Part shown: one piece after another, positions 38,301 through 53,000 of the stretch | How the letters are laid out: every line of letters begins with the position of its first letter | Position numbering within the stretch: position 1 is the first letter of the stretch | Assembly: GCA_001949185.1 (NCBI GenBank) | Contig: BDGG01000022.1 | Location: 62,001 to 126,000, forward strand | Reading direction: 5' to 3' | DNA length: 64,000 nucleotides | Source: Ramazzottius varieornatus | Taxonomy: Eukaryota > Animalia > Tardigrada | Notes under the pieces: model-generated | What the model was told of the DNA's origin: nothing | What the model saw: only the letters and a program-made list of their open reading frames with translations | Databases searched by the model: none | Program-made: the position numbers and the translations under genes

Positions 38301-38749
38301 ACCTCGAGCTTGTGCTGCACAAGAAGTCGCCCGTCAACGGCTACACATCGTTATGAACCATTGTACCCAAAACCTGCCCTCCTGCTGTGCGGTCTTTCTT
38401 CCTCCGACTATCAATAAACAAAGCTCTCCAAAACATAGCACAGAAACTCTGGGACCAATCTTTATGAGTAAATTTACTTATGCCTGAACTGTACGTTTTC
38501 ATCTGCCGCTACAAAGTACAAAAAATTAGGACAATTACACGGCGGACTAGAGCAAAGAAATATGTGCTCGAAGACGCAAATCAGGAAAAGTATTTCTGAA
38601 TCAGCCAATTACAGGATACACCGGACGTCAAAAAAGGAAGGGAAGTTTTACCCGTGTGAAACACTATAATTACCACGCTGCACTACAAACTAAAACTGGC
38701 GATATCCAAGAGCATGTAGGAACAGTTCGAGCTTTGGCGGGGACCGGCT

Positions 38750-39777
<1,028 letters not shown>

Positions 39778-40732
39778 CTTCCTGGATGCTCCAGGGCCCT
39801 GTCCCGCTGAGCTTGGTGAAGAAAAGTTGAAAACAAAACTCAGCTAAAAATGGAGAAAGGTATCAGAATTCAGAAAAAATAGATCTATAAAAGCTGCTGA
39901 CGGCAAAGACGAAAACAATGCCTTCTGCAAAACAAGGTGGTGCTCCACACCCTCCTCAACAAGGGGGGACTAACACCAGTGAGGGTACCGGGCACGAGAT
40001 GACATGAGCAGACCCCTCGTTTTACTTTCTGTATTGTGGTTCAATCGGCAAATCAACCGTAAGACAGAATTCATAATAATAGCTGTCTTTGTCTGCGAGA
40101 CTGCGATGAAGCACTCATTCATTTTTTCTATTCTTTCCATCATTTTCTCCATTTCCGGCCATTTTTAATCGTTCAAACGAGCTTATCTTTGCTGTTTGGA
40201 GTGCCAGAACCTTCCGTGAACCTTACTGAACTTTCACTTCTCGAGTGTGTTATACGCATGATGCGCGATAATGACTATTATGTTGTCCGCTCGTGATCAC
40301 AATGGTCGTTGTTGGAACCACCGATTAGGACGTTTTCGTCGATATTCCTTGCCAGAACCTGACGTGGACGACACTTCAGCAATCTTGCGGAAACGGAAGG
40401 TATGTGGGAAATCTTTGTAACTGTGGCCGTCCTAGACTTTGACTACCGAAGATTGCTAGACGCTCATGGAAGCGAATTCGTTGGTGCGGTATGCCATCTG
40501 CCTGTGGCGCATGTGCGGTTCGTGTCAGTAAAAATCATCGGTTCTCTGTTTGCGTGGCTCAGTCGTTGACGCTTGGTTTCTATTCAGAGCCGACTCCGTA
40601 GAGATTGGCATAATCGGAAACATCTGTCATTGCATATGCGGTTGTTTTTCCTGGCTTTAGGTGAGTGATCGAAGTGATTCTGCCCAACGTGACGCCAAAT
40701 CCCAAGCGTTCTCATCGTCAGTTTGGAGTCAT

Positions 40733-42267
40733 ATGATGCTCAGCGATGAAGCCAAGGAGTTCCTGTACACACCGGCGGACTTCGTGTGGTTCATGACATA
40801 CAGCGACTATGTCTTCAACGCCGAGGCACGCTGGACGAAGTTCGACAAGTTACTACAGTCCACATGGCGTTCGGCCCACGACTGTGAGGGTGTCTTTCGC
40901 TACGAGTTGAACAAGCTGGAGACCAAGGTGCTGTCCGGAGACTACGGCTTCGTGGCGCAACTGAACGCCAAACGAGCACAGGAGCGCAGACCACCGGAAG
41001 TGATGGCCAGCATGAGCGTCCCCTTCAACCACGACAAGTTTAACTTTACTAAGATTAAACCCCAAGAAGTCCTCTTCACTCTCAAGGAATCTCAGCAAGT
41101 CAAAGAAGGTACTTGCACACACTTACCCACTGCTCGAGGTTGAGACATTGATTGAACTATCTTTCATCATAGACAAGTCAAACGGGGATTTTGTCATTGC
41201 CAACATCAGTCCGCTGGAGTTCTGCCACGTTCTCCTGGTGCCCAAGCTGTACCTGTGTCGCCCGCAAATTCTCACCCTCGACGCGCTGCGTATCGCCTTA
41301 CATTCCATCCTGTTGAGCGGGTCGTGGAAGCTACGTGTTGGCTTCAATTCCATGGGTGCGCTGGCTTCCGTCAACCATCTGCACGCTCATGCCTATTACA
41401 TCGCCCACAACCTTCCGACCGAAACTCTTCCCGCCCTTCCACTAGCCGGTCCCTGTCACACAGTCAGCAAATACCCGGCTAGCGGCTTTGTTCTACAATT
41501 CCCGCCGCTGGACAGGCGGAAACCGGAGAGCCTGTCGGACGAGCTGGAGCTCTTTGTTCAGGATGTGCACGGCTTCATCCACCAGCTCCAGGTTAGTCCA
41601 ACGTTTTCAAGCACCTCCCTACCTCATTTGTGCATGAGCCATAGGAGCTGTGTTCATGCGGGTACAATTTATCTCTGTGAATGGAAGGCAACATTTGGGA
41701 CATCGGCAGACGAAGTCGCTAAGATCGGTTTACACAAGTGGCGCACGCTTCTAGACAAGAACACTGGGAACGTGCGCAACTTGGGAGCTCGACCAACAAG
41801 CAGAACAAGATCGTTTTTTCAAGTGGCGCATCCTCCAGCCAACAACACCGAAGACCTGCGCCACTTGGGAAGCAGTCTTGTCGAAGTTGTTTGCCCATCT
41901 CTCACCCAGTGGATCCATGTTCTTCCTTGACTAGTTCCCATCTTTCATATTGTACTGATAGGTAAACGAGATACCGCACAACCTGTTCATAACGCGCGGC
42001 ACGCCTCTTTATGCCGACATGTCTCGGAAAAACCTAGTCATTCGTGTCTACATCTGGACGCGGGAGTTCTCCTACACGCAAAAGGACCAAACAGCCTTCA
42101 ACGCGGCCTTGTGCGAGCTCTCTGGTCACTTGCCCATCAAGAATGAACCGGCCTTCGGCACGGTGACGGAGCGCGATGTCTGCCGGGTGCTGCACGACGT
42201 CACCCAAGAAATGTTCCTCAAAGCCAAACCGCTAGCCTCGAAGCACTTCACTTCTCCAAACCCTTAA
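40733..42267 (+). CDS. GDPGP1: GDP-D-glucose phosphorylase 1 (3 exons)
   Basis: GFVAQLN...RRPP, FNFTKI, NISPLEFCHVLLVP, RVGFNSMGALASVNHLHAH (HIT-like), FNAALCELSGHLP. Confidence 0.93.
41735..41867. repeat. Intronic hairpin repeat family, two tandem units
   Basis: Units at 41735-41783 and 41820-41867 in GDPGP1 intron 2. Confidence 0.85.
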
Positions 42268-42589
42268 TCTGTTCTCGTACGCTTGCGAATCTTCACATTT
42301 CCAGTAAATGTATCTTCTTGTTTCTGTACGTTTTTCAACTGTTGCTGTTGTATAATGTTGTTTTTTTATTGGAATACCTGCTGTTGATTACTTCCGCATC
42401 GGTGAATGAATAGTATCTAAGTATTTTTGAAACATTTGACAGTAAATTTTTATATTTTTATATGAAAAATGCTCTAGGATAAAGCATCGTGGCTGCCCAT
42501 GTGTTCGAATAAGCAAAAGAAGGGAGCGTATCACAGTGACCATCTTAAGTAGTGCGAGAACGTCCTCGCGCCTCAACGGGAAGACGAAA

Positions 42590-43633
42590 TCAATGCTGCA
42601 TTATTTTTCGATTATTTAAAATGTCCATTTCTTGCAAGAGCACGGCCAGGTTGTAGCGCATTTTGTGGAACTGCGTCATAGGAACCTAGAAGAAACCGAA
42701 GAACTTATGAGCGCTGAAACTAAAAATAATTCGACCAACCACTTGTCCGAACAAACCTCGAAATAAACTGTGCGCGAAGTCAGTTCCAGGCTGATCAGAA
42801 AAACAGGTTCCATGATTTTCTTGCCCAGCCTGGAAAAAAACACTATGAGAACACATAAGTAAAATTCTTACTACCATATTGTGAAGCAGCGCAAAATAAG
42901 CAGCTGAACTTACTGAGACGTAACGATGACATCCAGTCTCCAGCGGATTCGATGCAATCGTCGTTGTTCGCAGCGAGCCAGCGGCGACCTCGCCAAATGC
43001 GTCCTACAAAACACGAAGCAGTGGACAAAATTGGATATCCATCGCAGGTGCGCAACCGCGAAACCCGGAAGCTTTAGATGTTACCTGTTTCGAAACAGGA
43101 GATCAGCCAACATGTGTCCGAACTTTAGAGGTAATCTAATAAAACGACAACTGGAAAATTGCTCTTGTTCCAGAAGCAAAGGCAGTTATTCGTTTACTTG
43201 AGTCGGTTCATCTCCTTCGCGAACCCATCGGCGTTCGTCTCGTTACTCCTACTTACGGCGATGACCAAACAGTACATTGAAGACACCAAAACTTCTACTT
43301 CCGCGTCGGAAAGCCCCGATATCTTTATTGCCGCTGGCTCCACGGAGGGAAAGGGGCTCAAGGGAGGTTGTTGACTGTGTAAAGCTGGCAAAGACAGATG
43401 AGTTAGCGTATGACGTAATGAGCCACATTGGTGCTGCCGTGCAGACAGCGGATTCAACGCGTTACTGCGACGACGTCGTCACGTTGCCAAATACCTGCTA
43501 ATATCGGCTGCAAGTCGCGCAGATCGGTGCACTGATCCAAAAGCTGCCGTAAACGAACCAGGGATTTTTGCGCTCGACCAGATAGGTCCAGAGGTTGTTC
43601 AGGCACTGCCCGTTTCGACAGGTGGGGTTCCAT
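42590..43633 (-). CDS. COMMD5: COMM domain-containing protein 5 (6 exons)
   Basis: Spliced: ...LVSSMYCLVIAVSR...FAKEMNRLK|LPLKFGHMLADLLFRNR|...IRWRLDVIVTS|...MEPVFLISLEL...FE|VPMTQFHKMRYNLAVLLQEM. Head-to-head with beta-PIX. Confidence 0.85.
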
Positions 43634-44115
43634 GGCGCAAGTCTTGAATGTCCTGTGCGAATTTCTGAATCTCCGAGCCAGGCAGGACACTCAGAGTCGA
43701 TGTTCCTCCGGAAATAAACTGTGGAAGCTGGACTGCTCGCTATTCCCGACTCGACAACGAACTAGTTCAGTGCCACTGGACACAACAACACTACAAGAGC
43801 AGAGCAAACGCCACAACAATCCGCGTTCGTTCTCTGGATTCTCTGAATGTGAACCTTTTCTTTTCATTTTCAAGAATCAAGATTCAAGATTTCAAATTTT
43901 CAATTTTCAGTTGCTTTCCTGATCGACTTGATTGAAAAGCCTTTCCGCTCTTGATTTAAGAGACCGTTTTTACAGCTTGTTTGCGTTCCATCAATTTTCT
44001 TGGATACGTTTTTCACTGCATCGTGAACTTCGGCCGGGCCATCACTCGGGCCGGGCTGGATAATCAGTAAATAGTGGACAGCACGAGGACTACGGAGGTT
44101 AGCGGCGGAGCCGTC

Positions 44116-47100
44116 ATGGGGACCGAAGCACGGTTGGTCAAAGCCATCTACGATTTCGTCCAGCAGAATGTCGATGAGGTGAGTAACCGTTTGACTCTTC
44201 TGTTCACGTCGTATGATGTACATGCTATCATTATATCTGGTCCTGGCTATCTCCTAGCTTTCTTTTCGTCGTGGGGATGTTATCACTCTAACGCAAAGTC
44301 CCGATGGAGGATGGTGGGAAGGTACCTTGAGGAATGAGACAGGCTGGTTTCCAGCTGAGTTTGTTGTTGACCACTCACCAGGTACGAGTACTGCAGCTGC
44401 TAATACATCCTACACCGCTCTCCAGCTTTCCGCAAGTTGTTCCACCTTTCTTCCATTCATAGAAACTAACGCACAAAATGGGCATGTGCAAGATCCCCGA
44501 AGAGAATTCCGCCGTCAGGTAGGTCATGTGGGTCATGTGGAAGATTCATTCGGTACAGTCTATATATGCCTCACGTACCTGCGTACTTGGGAACCTTGGT
44601 GAGACGCGGAAGCGCTGTATCGAGGTTATCTGCTGATGGCTGAAATAACTGAAATTGACTCTGGCCATCAAACTAATATTGGACATCCTTCTATGTCCTG
44701 ACCCCGTCCTCCGCCATGGTTGGGGCTTTCAGGACAGCTCAAGTGTAGTCTATGCATGATTTGCACATAAGCGTACCTCCCTTTCCTAGATTATGGGTGC
44801 GCTGCTGGACAGCGAGAGAGCTCACGTGAAGGATCTGCTGAGCTTCCAAAACAACTTCCTCCGTCCACTGAAAGCAGGCAACCTGTACGTACATTGCTTG
44901 CTTTCCGACACAATTGCATCTTGAGCAGTTTCATGTCATTGTTTGCAGACTTGCTCCTGGTGATTTCAACTCGCTATGCGGAAACCTAGAAGAGGTGACC
45001 CAGCTACAGAGCCTGCTACTGGAACGCTTGAGCGACATAAGCAGGTGCGACATAGGAAAGCAGGGCTTGTTTCGAGTTTTGCCCCATGCCGCATAGTTCT
45101 TATCTTTATCCATAGGTCTCCTTCGGAACAGCAGGCCGTTGGTGGTCTCTTCATGAGTATGGCTGCCCAAATGCAGACGGCCTACCTCAAGTACTGCGCC
45201 AACCATCCTCACGCAGCACAGATCCTCAATCAGTACAAGTAAGCTGAAGCTCTGTGGAGCAGTGTTATGCTGGCAAAGACGTCAGTAAGCAGCAGCAGTC
45301 TTATGTCGGCAGGGATACACTGATGGCCTTTGCTGAGTCCTTGGAAGACAATCCTTTGCCCAAAGGCATTATGTCCTTAGCCGCCGAAGTCAGTCGACCC
45401 TTCCGGCGGCTGGACAAGTACCCGGCTATCCTCCAAGAGCTAGAACGGCACTTGGAGGAGTTCCATTCGGACAGAGGCAACACGCAACGCAGCGTTGCGG
45501 TCTACACCGACTTGGCTGTAAGTAAACCACACGGTATTCGAGGCTTTCCTTCATTGACACTGTGGACTCTTTTGGCAGAATCAATGTACCAAAGTGCGAC
45601 AACAGAAAGAGATTGAGCTGGAGATTTCTAAAGGCAATATTCGCGACTATCAGGGACCGGTATGATGTGCCCACTCAAGAAGGACAGATATATGTATCTC
45701 GTACGAAGGTGGCGTCTTGTTTTGTAGGATATGGCCTCGTTAGGGGAAGTGCTTCTGATGGAGCAGGTGTCGGTGGGGGATGAGGCCAACGGGACGAAGC
45801 AGGATCGCCACTTGGTCCTCTTTGAAGAAGTGCTGCTCTTGTTGGCTGTGTCGCGGCGCATGAGCTCTTTCATGTACATGGTACGTTTCGACCATCAACT
45901 TTGACTGTAATGTCTGTTGGTTGCCTGTTGCTCCTCTCCATGGCATGGTCGGTTCTGCTGCCGTGTTATTGGGCATGATGACTTAGTCATTGCCATTGTC
46001 ATGTCTTGTAGTCGCACACCCCGCTGTTAGGCCTGAAAATTAAGCCATTGAGCAACGGTGCCGTGGCCAACACCTTTGAAATCTGGAGCAAGACACTGGA
46101 CTGGAAGGTGGTGCAGTGTAAGAGCAAAGAGTCTTACGACAAGTGGCTGGCTCAGCTCAACTTTCTGGTCCAAAAAGCCAGCATACAGAAGGCCGTCCTG
46201 ACGCCTGCGGCACTGGGCAAATGCAGCACCCTTCCCAAGCCGGTGAGATACGTGCTAAACAGTACATAAACAAAGTCGGTAATAATAATAATAATAAGCA
46301 TAAGATGGGTGTTTGCGTGCAGTCAAAGGTGTCGAGCATATCAGCCTTGACCATCAGTCCACCCAAGACAGACACGGTGAAAGAGAACACCCTTCGGCCA
46401 GTAGCGACTTGCGGCAGCGCCCACAAGTTCCCTCCACCCATCATCACCAACTCCGTGTGGTCCGGCTCATGCCTCCGCCCCTATCCTCCCATGCGAGCCG
46501 ATGTGGCGCTGAAGGAAGAAAAAGCCAGTGCGCTACACAGTCCCAAACTGCCACGAAAGTTTTCCACTAAAAAGAAAGGTAGGTCCCCTTTAAGGCAGCG
46601 AGACATCACTGTGACATTAGAACTGATTGGCTGTCTCTTGTGCTACAGAGCAACCCAAGTTGACTCCTCGAAGTGACGAGCTCCTTGGCCGAGAGCAGGA
46701 GCTTCGTCAATATGAAGACGACGCCAAGCTGTTGGCAGTCATCGAGTCGTACTGCATCAGTTCCAAACTGCGACAGAAAGTCACTTCCGGTAAGACCTTT
46801 CGTGTACACTGTGTACGGTGCTGGCTGTGGCTCTTCCTTCTGCCATCTTCTTTCCTCGGCACTAATAAATCGTCTGTGGCTGATGGGTCTGTAGTGGCTA
46901 ACCAAGAATTGCTGTCGCGAACGCTCTCTGACTTGTCCATGCTGGAGGGCGGTGAACCCAGCAACGTCGGATGTCTGCCTGCTTTCAAATGGAACAAACC
47001 CTGACACAGTAACTCTCTGCCTCGTGGCCTTCGTATTCATGTTTTTTGTAGCTCTGGTGATGGTCTGACCTTCTTGTCCCTTTCATTTATTTCATTGCCT

Positions 47101-47540
47101 CAATCATGATGATGGCTATGGTCGACTTGTCCTTTCCTTTGACTTATTATTTTTATTTGAGTTGTGTCAATGTTGTGTGTTGGTTTGCATAATGCAGAAG
47201 TGCTGGACTCACCGCATGTACTAATACCCGAGGAGGAGAAGATTCTGATTGAGCACGACGGACCCAACGGCAGTTTCTTCCTTGAAGAAAAAACCCTGGT
47301 CGACGCCGTCTACACTCTCAAGGACCAAGTCCGCGATCTTTCATTGGTACGTGGACTGATTACTGACACCGAGCAGTTGCTTTCACCCTTGAATCGTTGT
47401 AGGAAGTGGCCAAACTGCGTGGTCAATTGGAGGAAGAAGGGCGAGCGCGCAAGCGCCTGGAAGCATCCCTTCAAACGCAACAGCCCATGACTTCTCCCAT
47501 CCGCCATACACTCAACGACCCTTCCGCCATCTTCAATTGA
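44116..47540 (+). CDS. ARHGEF7: Rho GEF beta-PIX/Cool (SH3-DH-PH, GIT-binding region, C-terminal coiled coil)
   Basis: SH3 (VKAIYDF...GGWWEG...GWFP); DH (YCANHP, RPFRRLDKYP...LERH); EDDAKLLAVIESYC; EEKTLVDAVYTLKDQV. Confidence 0.93.
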
Positions 47541-47695
47541 ACCTATCTTTTGTACTTTTCCATCTTTTACATGTTCTAACTTCTGTCACCTTTTACATCC
47601 CCGTGAATGCCTGGCGCTTGAACAGTACTGTATAATTTTTAATCTTGTCCATGTTTCTTACTGTCGCAGTTAGTTGACAAAATCAGTATGAGTGG

Positions 47696-47847
47696 ACGCG
47701 CCTGACCCAGCTACCGACCTGGAGAAAACTTGCGGCTCCCGGCCAGAAGCGGCAGCGCTTTGATTGATTGGACAACTTAGGTGGCAGCTGCCGTTTTCGG
47801 CTGGTGGCCGCAAGTTTTGTCCAGGCCGGAAGTTGGGTCAGGCGCGT
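47696..47847. mobile_element. Fold-back MITE-like element (about 60-bp imperfect arms) between convergent 3' ends
   Basis: ACGCGCCTGACCCAGCTACCGACCTGGAGAAAACTTGCGGC... pairs with ...GCCGCAAGTTTTGTCCAGGCCGGAAGTTGGGTCAGGCGCGT. No clear TSD. Confidence 0.75.
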
Positions 47848-48015
47848 GTAGTGATGGGTTGGGCCAGTGTTCTACCAGTACAATCCACATCAGCAGAATG
47901 CAGACTTGCTGACGATAGTATGTCATGAGCAAGTTAAGACTATGCTAGAAAATGTTGAGCATTAACAAATGAGAGCAAGGGAAAGCAAGTGCCGTCCTTG
48001 ATTCTGGACTCTATC

Positions 48016-49578
48016 TTATCCTCGGTGCATCTTGCGCTTCTTTTGCAATTCGCACTCTCCGCGCTCCGGATGGCATTGATAGTCCTGGGGGCAGCAGTGC
48101 TCTCCATCGGCGCAGCAGACAGCCTACAACGAAAGTTCTCGTCATGGCCGCCGGTGTCATTAGTGAACTGCCAAGAAAGGCTCTCTACAGCTAGACAGTT
48201 TCAAGAGAATATGCCTTACATTCTTGAAAGCGCAGCAGCTGTAATCGCCTGCATTGGTTTGGCAGCAACTGAAGTCTCCGGCACAGGTTCGATTTCTTCC
48301 TGGACAGATTGTATCGCTCAGAAGCACTAGACGCGTTTCAGACTCGGCACCAACCGTGGGAAGGGATTTGACCAATGCCTTCCGCCTCTTCTGCGCTTCA
48401 CACTCTCCTCGTTCCGGATGGCATTCGAAACCCTCAGGGCAGCAGTGTTCTCCATCACCGCAGCAGACGGCCTGCAAAAAAGAAAGCTCGAGAGTAGAAG
48501 CCAATAGCAGTATACAGATACGAGTTAGCCAGAAATACGCAAGAACGAGTGAATGAAAGATATTTCCTGCTACAAGCCGCACATTTTTGAAAGCGCAGCA
48601 GCTGTATCGGCCGTTCTTCAACTGGCAACAGGTGTTATCGGCTGCGCACGTGCGGTTCCCGTCGGGGCAGATGTTGTCACCAAAGCCCTTGAAAGTCTTC
48701 TTGGCCGAACCGGAAGCTCCGTAGATGGGCTGAAGGGGCTTGGTCAAGGCATGCGTGTCTTCCGCTGCGCAGCGCTTCTGTTCCAAGTCGCACTTTGTCC
48801 CGTGAGGACAGCAGTGTTCCTTATCTCTACAATCGCAAATAAACATTCCTAAATTGTAATCAATAGTATTTTAGCAGCTTACGAGCAGCAAAGCGCGTTG
48901 GGAAATGGGCAGCATCCCCAGTTTCCAGAGGCTAGCTGACAGCAGGTGGAACTGTCAGGACACTCGCTCTGCTTGTCGCCACAAGTGATGGTCTTCAAGC
49001 CGACACTTTGCAGGGTCTTCGTCCACAAGAACTTTTTTGCCAGCGGAATGTGGTTGGCAGTGGAAGCACAGCGCTTCTGTTCCATGTCGCACTTTGATCC
49101 ATGCGGGCAACAGTGTAAACCATCGCTGCAACAGTCAGCTTCAGGGAATGGACAGCATCCATAAGCAGCATTCTTCATCTGAAAACATATCCATTCACTG
49201 TATCATTCAAATGTGATGGTCAGCAACAGGAGGTAAGGTAGAGAAGCACGTACTACGCAACAGGTGGAAGACTCAGGGCATTCCTTATGATCTGGACAGA
49301 AGACAGCCGTGCTAACATTGTAGGCTACCTACAACACAGAGCGATTAAAAGTCCATATGAATATGTGCCCTCCCTGATAAGGGGATATCACAGGACCTCC
49401 GGCGGAGAGCGCTGGATATGTATGGATGTACAGTGCAAAATTCTCTCTACCGACTTACCCGCTCATTCAGGCTGGACCACGGGAGGAAGCTTCCGGTTGA
49501 CCGTCCACCGGGCAGAAGGACCGCACTGACCCATCCAGCGGCCCCTAGGAGGGTGGCAATGAATACAGAGTGCAGCAT
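48016..49578 (-). CDS. GRN: Progranulin with four granulin modules
   Basis: Signal peptide MLHSVFIATLLGAAG; four C-C-CC-CC-CC-CC-C-C modules (e.g. CCPFPEADCCSDGLHCCPHG). Confidence 0.93.
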
Positions 49579-50045
49579 CCTGGAGGTTCTGCAAAGGGAA
49601 CGGAAATCAGCAATTACTAGAGGGAAATATTTACATGTCTTCTTGAAACAGCTAAACTCATATTTATGGATGCGTTTAGGGCCCGCTTGGGCCACCTGGA
49701 CCACTTTTGCATCCAGGGGAAGATTTCCCGCATAAGCGAGCGCACTGTGATAGGTCGATCAGCACAAGAAGTGACTCCGCCCTCAGAAACTCCGCGTCTT
49801 GATTGGTGGAGCTTGTTCCACAGGCTCGGTTCAGGGTTCAGCTAACTGAAAGTGGGCGTGCAGGTCTTTCGAGAACCCTTCCATGTGGGCGACCATTTTC
49901 TGATTCTTCGCCGATTAGGCTCTAAAAGTTCAGCCCAAAAAGAAGCTCTATACTCAACGTCAGCGCGGTAAGTAGCACCTTGTGGTACCTTGGTAATTAA
50001 GCTCCAGTGTCCGTGTGGTTCTGGGTTGGCGCAAGAGTCGGAAGG

Positions 50046-53000
50046 ATGGATCGGAACGAGTCGTCGGACGGCATGAACATGGACGACAATCTGCCATTTT
50101 CCCATCTTGATGGCGCGGCGGAAAAGACCAACATATCTGCATCCCTGACTGGACGGGAATCTCCTAGTGGATCCTTTTCACCCGAATATAGTTTCTCCAG
50201 CACGCAGTTCTTCAGCCAGCAATCGACGGACGGGAGCGGGACTGTCGTCAGCCAAAGCAGCAGCATGGTTGTCACCTGCAACTCTACAGCCGACATGAGC
50301 GTTGGAGGGGATTCCTTCCTCAGCGAACTGCGTCGCATATCTGGCCAAGATGCTGAGCAGTCTTCAGGTATGTTTTATTTAATGGCCTCTATGATAAACG
50401 CGGAGTTTGTTTGGGATGCAGGTTCAGACTTTAGGAATCCTCTGTAAATGCCAACATAAAACAAAATCAACATGCCACCATGTTGTCAAATCAAGCTCAA
50501 GTCAATCAAACTGTGACATAAAGATGAAAGAAGTTCGAATTGGAATTCTATTGTACCTTTTTTGTTTTGAAATTGGGCGCCGATCTATGCGAAGGACAAT
50601 GGTCGCTTGGTTTACCACTGTCTTGTCGAGTAGGTTTGGATGATAGCCTGGGGAATCTGCCGGCGGTGGGATCGAGGCAGAAGGGAGGAACAATGGAGGA
50701 AACGGTGAAAGAGCTATCGTCATTGCACAACGACTCATTTCAGCCAACACCTTCCAAGCAAGCCTCGTCCCACTATAACACCGCAGAGATCTCCGAGGAC
50801 GAGGCTGAGGGCGAGGAAGCCTTGGGAGGGGATGTCAGCACACAAGTGGCGGCTGTGCTGGAGGAGAGTTCGCCGTCGAGCGACGGTGGGCAGTTGGTGG
50901 TGTCGATGGCCATGAACGGGCTGAAGGATGAGGAGGCCATCAAGCAAGAGCCGGGCATTCCGCTGTACGACCGAAGTCGCGAAGGGTCGGTGGCTTCACG
51001 AACCAGCTTCATCTCGACAGAAGATGTCGAGGAAGGGGATGCCAGACGCCCCGCCAGCCAGACAGCCAAGAGGAAGGGCCAAGATGGCCACGCCCAGCAG
51101 GTAACGAGCAGTATCGGGCTGCAGTGGCCTCTTTCATAGATACTCACTTGGACGAGCATCTCCCAAGTTCAAAAGAACCAGTTCCCTATCGAAAGCTCAA
51201 AGCTTTTCTTGACAACATTCTAACATGCGAACACAAAAGATCGACTGGAACGTTTTGATCAAGCTGAAGACGTGCTTGTTCCCACATCAATTCGCGCATG
51301 ACGTCATGGCGTTTGGCGGGTCGAGTTGCAGCGGGAAGTTGGTTCTTACTATAGCATGCATTGTTCCACTTGTAGATTGAGTACGGTAAACTTGACTGAG
51401 GTTACTGTATGTCGTGTTGGGATTTTAGGGTGGAGAAGAGGAGGAAGGGACAGAGGAAGGTGGACGGCGTGCGCCATCGACGCGAGCAGCGGCGGAAGCC
51501 AGTCGCAAGAAGGCCAGCTGTGTGGTACCCGACTGCGACAACTATCAACAGTCGAGGGCCAACGTCTTTGTCTTTCCCGACGGCGACTTGAGACCGCTGG
51601 TCCGTCGCAAGTGGCTGTACGCCCTCAACACGTCGCGTGTGGGACGGAACAGGCCTCTGGACTTGGCCGCTCTCAAGAAGAACCCCAACTACGGCCTGTG
51701 TGTCAAGCACTTTGACCGTCAAGAGGACTTTGTCGACCCGACCAAGCCCGACAGCGAGCTGACCCTCAAGAAGGATGCCGTTCCCACCATATTTCTCACT
51801 CCAGGTCAGTTCATGTGCGCTGCGCGGTTAGGCCGCTGTCTGTAGACTAGGGAGCGGGGAAGTGGGCCTGATGTGGGCCTGATCGGTGAGGGTGTAGGAC
51901 CAGAGTTCACCGCGGTTTGCCGCCTGTAGCAGGCTCGCAATCTTGTTATGCTTCTCTTTTCAAGTTGCATTTTGTCCGTTGGTTGTTTGTAATTTGTGTG
52001 TGTGTGTGTGTGTGTGTTTTCAGAGGCTGCTGTGACCGATGCTTCGGACAGCACTTCCGGCAAGGCCAAAGTGTCATCCAGTAATAGCAATGGAGCGCTA
52101 GCGGGCATCTCGCAGTACGCACGAAAGACAATTCCAAAGCCAGCAGCCAAACAAAAGAAGAAGGCAAATGGGACTGAGGTCGATGAAGAAGTGGAGGAGG
52201 AGATGGAGGGGCAGTCCTCCTCGGACGAAGGTGACCTTGACGATAGCGATGCCGACGAAGACTGGGACAAGTCGGCCAAGAAGCAGGCCAAGAAGCTGGA
52301 TGCAGCCGGCCTCGTAGCCAAACGCGGCAGACCCAGCAGACAACAGATGGAGGAAAAGAAGGCGCTGGCACAAACATTTGCCCCTACCACCAAACCATAC
52401 AGCCGCCACGGTAATATCAGTCTCTCTCTATTTCTGCTCTTGTTGCCCAGTGTCGTCAAGGCTGTGCTTTCAGATGAGGCAGCCAGTTACAATCGGAATG
52501 GAAGTCCGCAGAAGGGCGGCAAGAGTGGCAGCGTCATCACCACCGTCTTCCTGCCCAAGTCCATCCTCAACGGGCCACTTCCGCCACTACAGCTGAACAA
52601 CGCCACGACGACGATAACGACACCGGCCAAGACTACAACGCCCATCAAGGTTGTGCAGAGCAAGCCGTCGTCGCAGCCCGTCAAGAGCGCCACCAAGGCG
52701 TCAGCCAGCAGCACCTCGCAGAGCATTCCTGCCCATCGCAGCAGCGCACCTTGGCCTTTCAAGCCGGCAGCGACACCCTCGCCCTCTCAGAAGGTTGGTG
52801 GCAGGGTACCCCTTGACTTTCATTCTTGTACAAGGGTACAAGGGTCTTTGTGTGTGCTTGCAGGTGGTGGTGGTGGGCAGCGCAGCCTGTCCCATCGTCA
52901 TGCCCAACCGTTCGCCCGTCACGCGTCAACCCATCAAGCTGGTGCTGCAGAAGCTGCCACAGCATCAAGAGCAAGTGTCGCCCCTTCGACCTCCCACCAA

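Noticed and set aside
35860-38500. Several short ORFs between GAS1 and TMEM50
   Set aside because: Could not assemble a coherent spliced gene or identify a domain; left unannotated.
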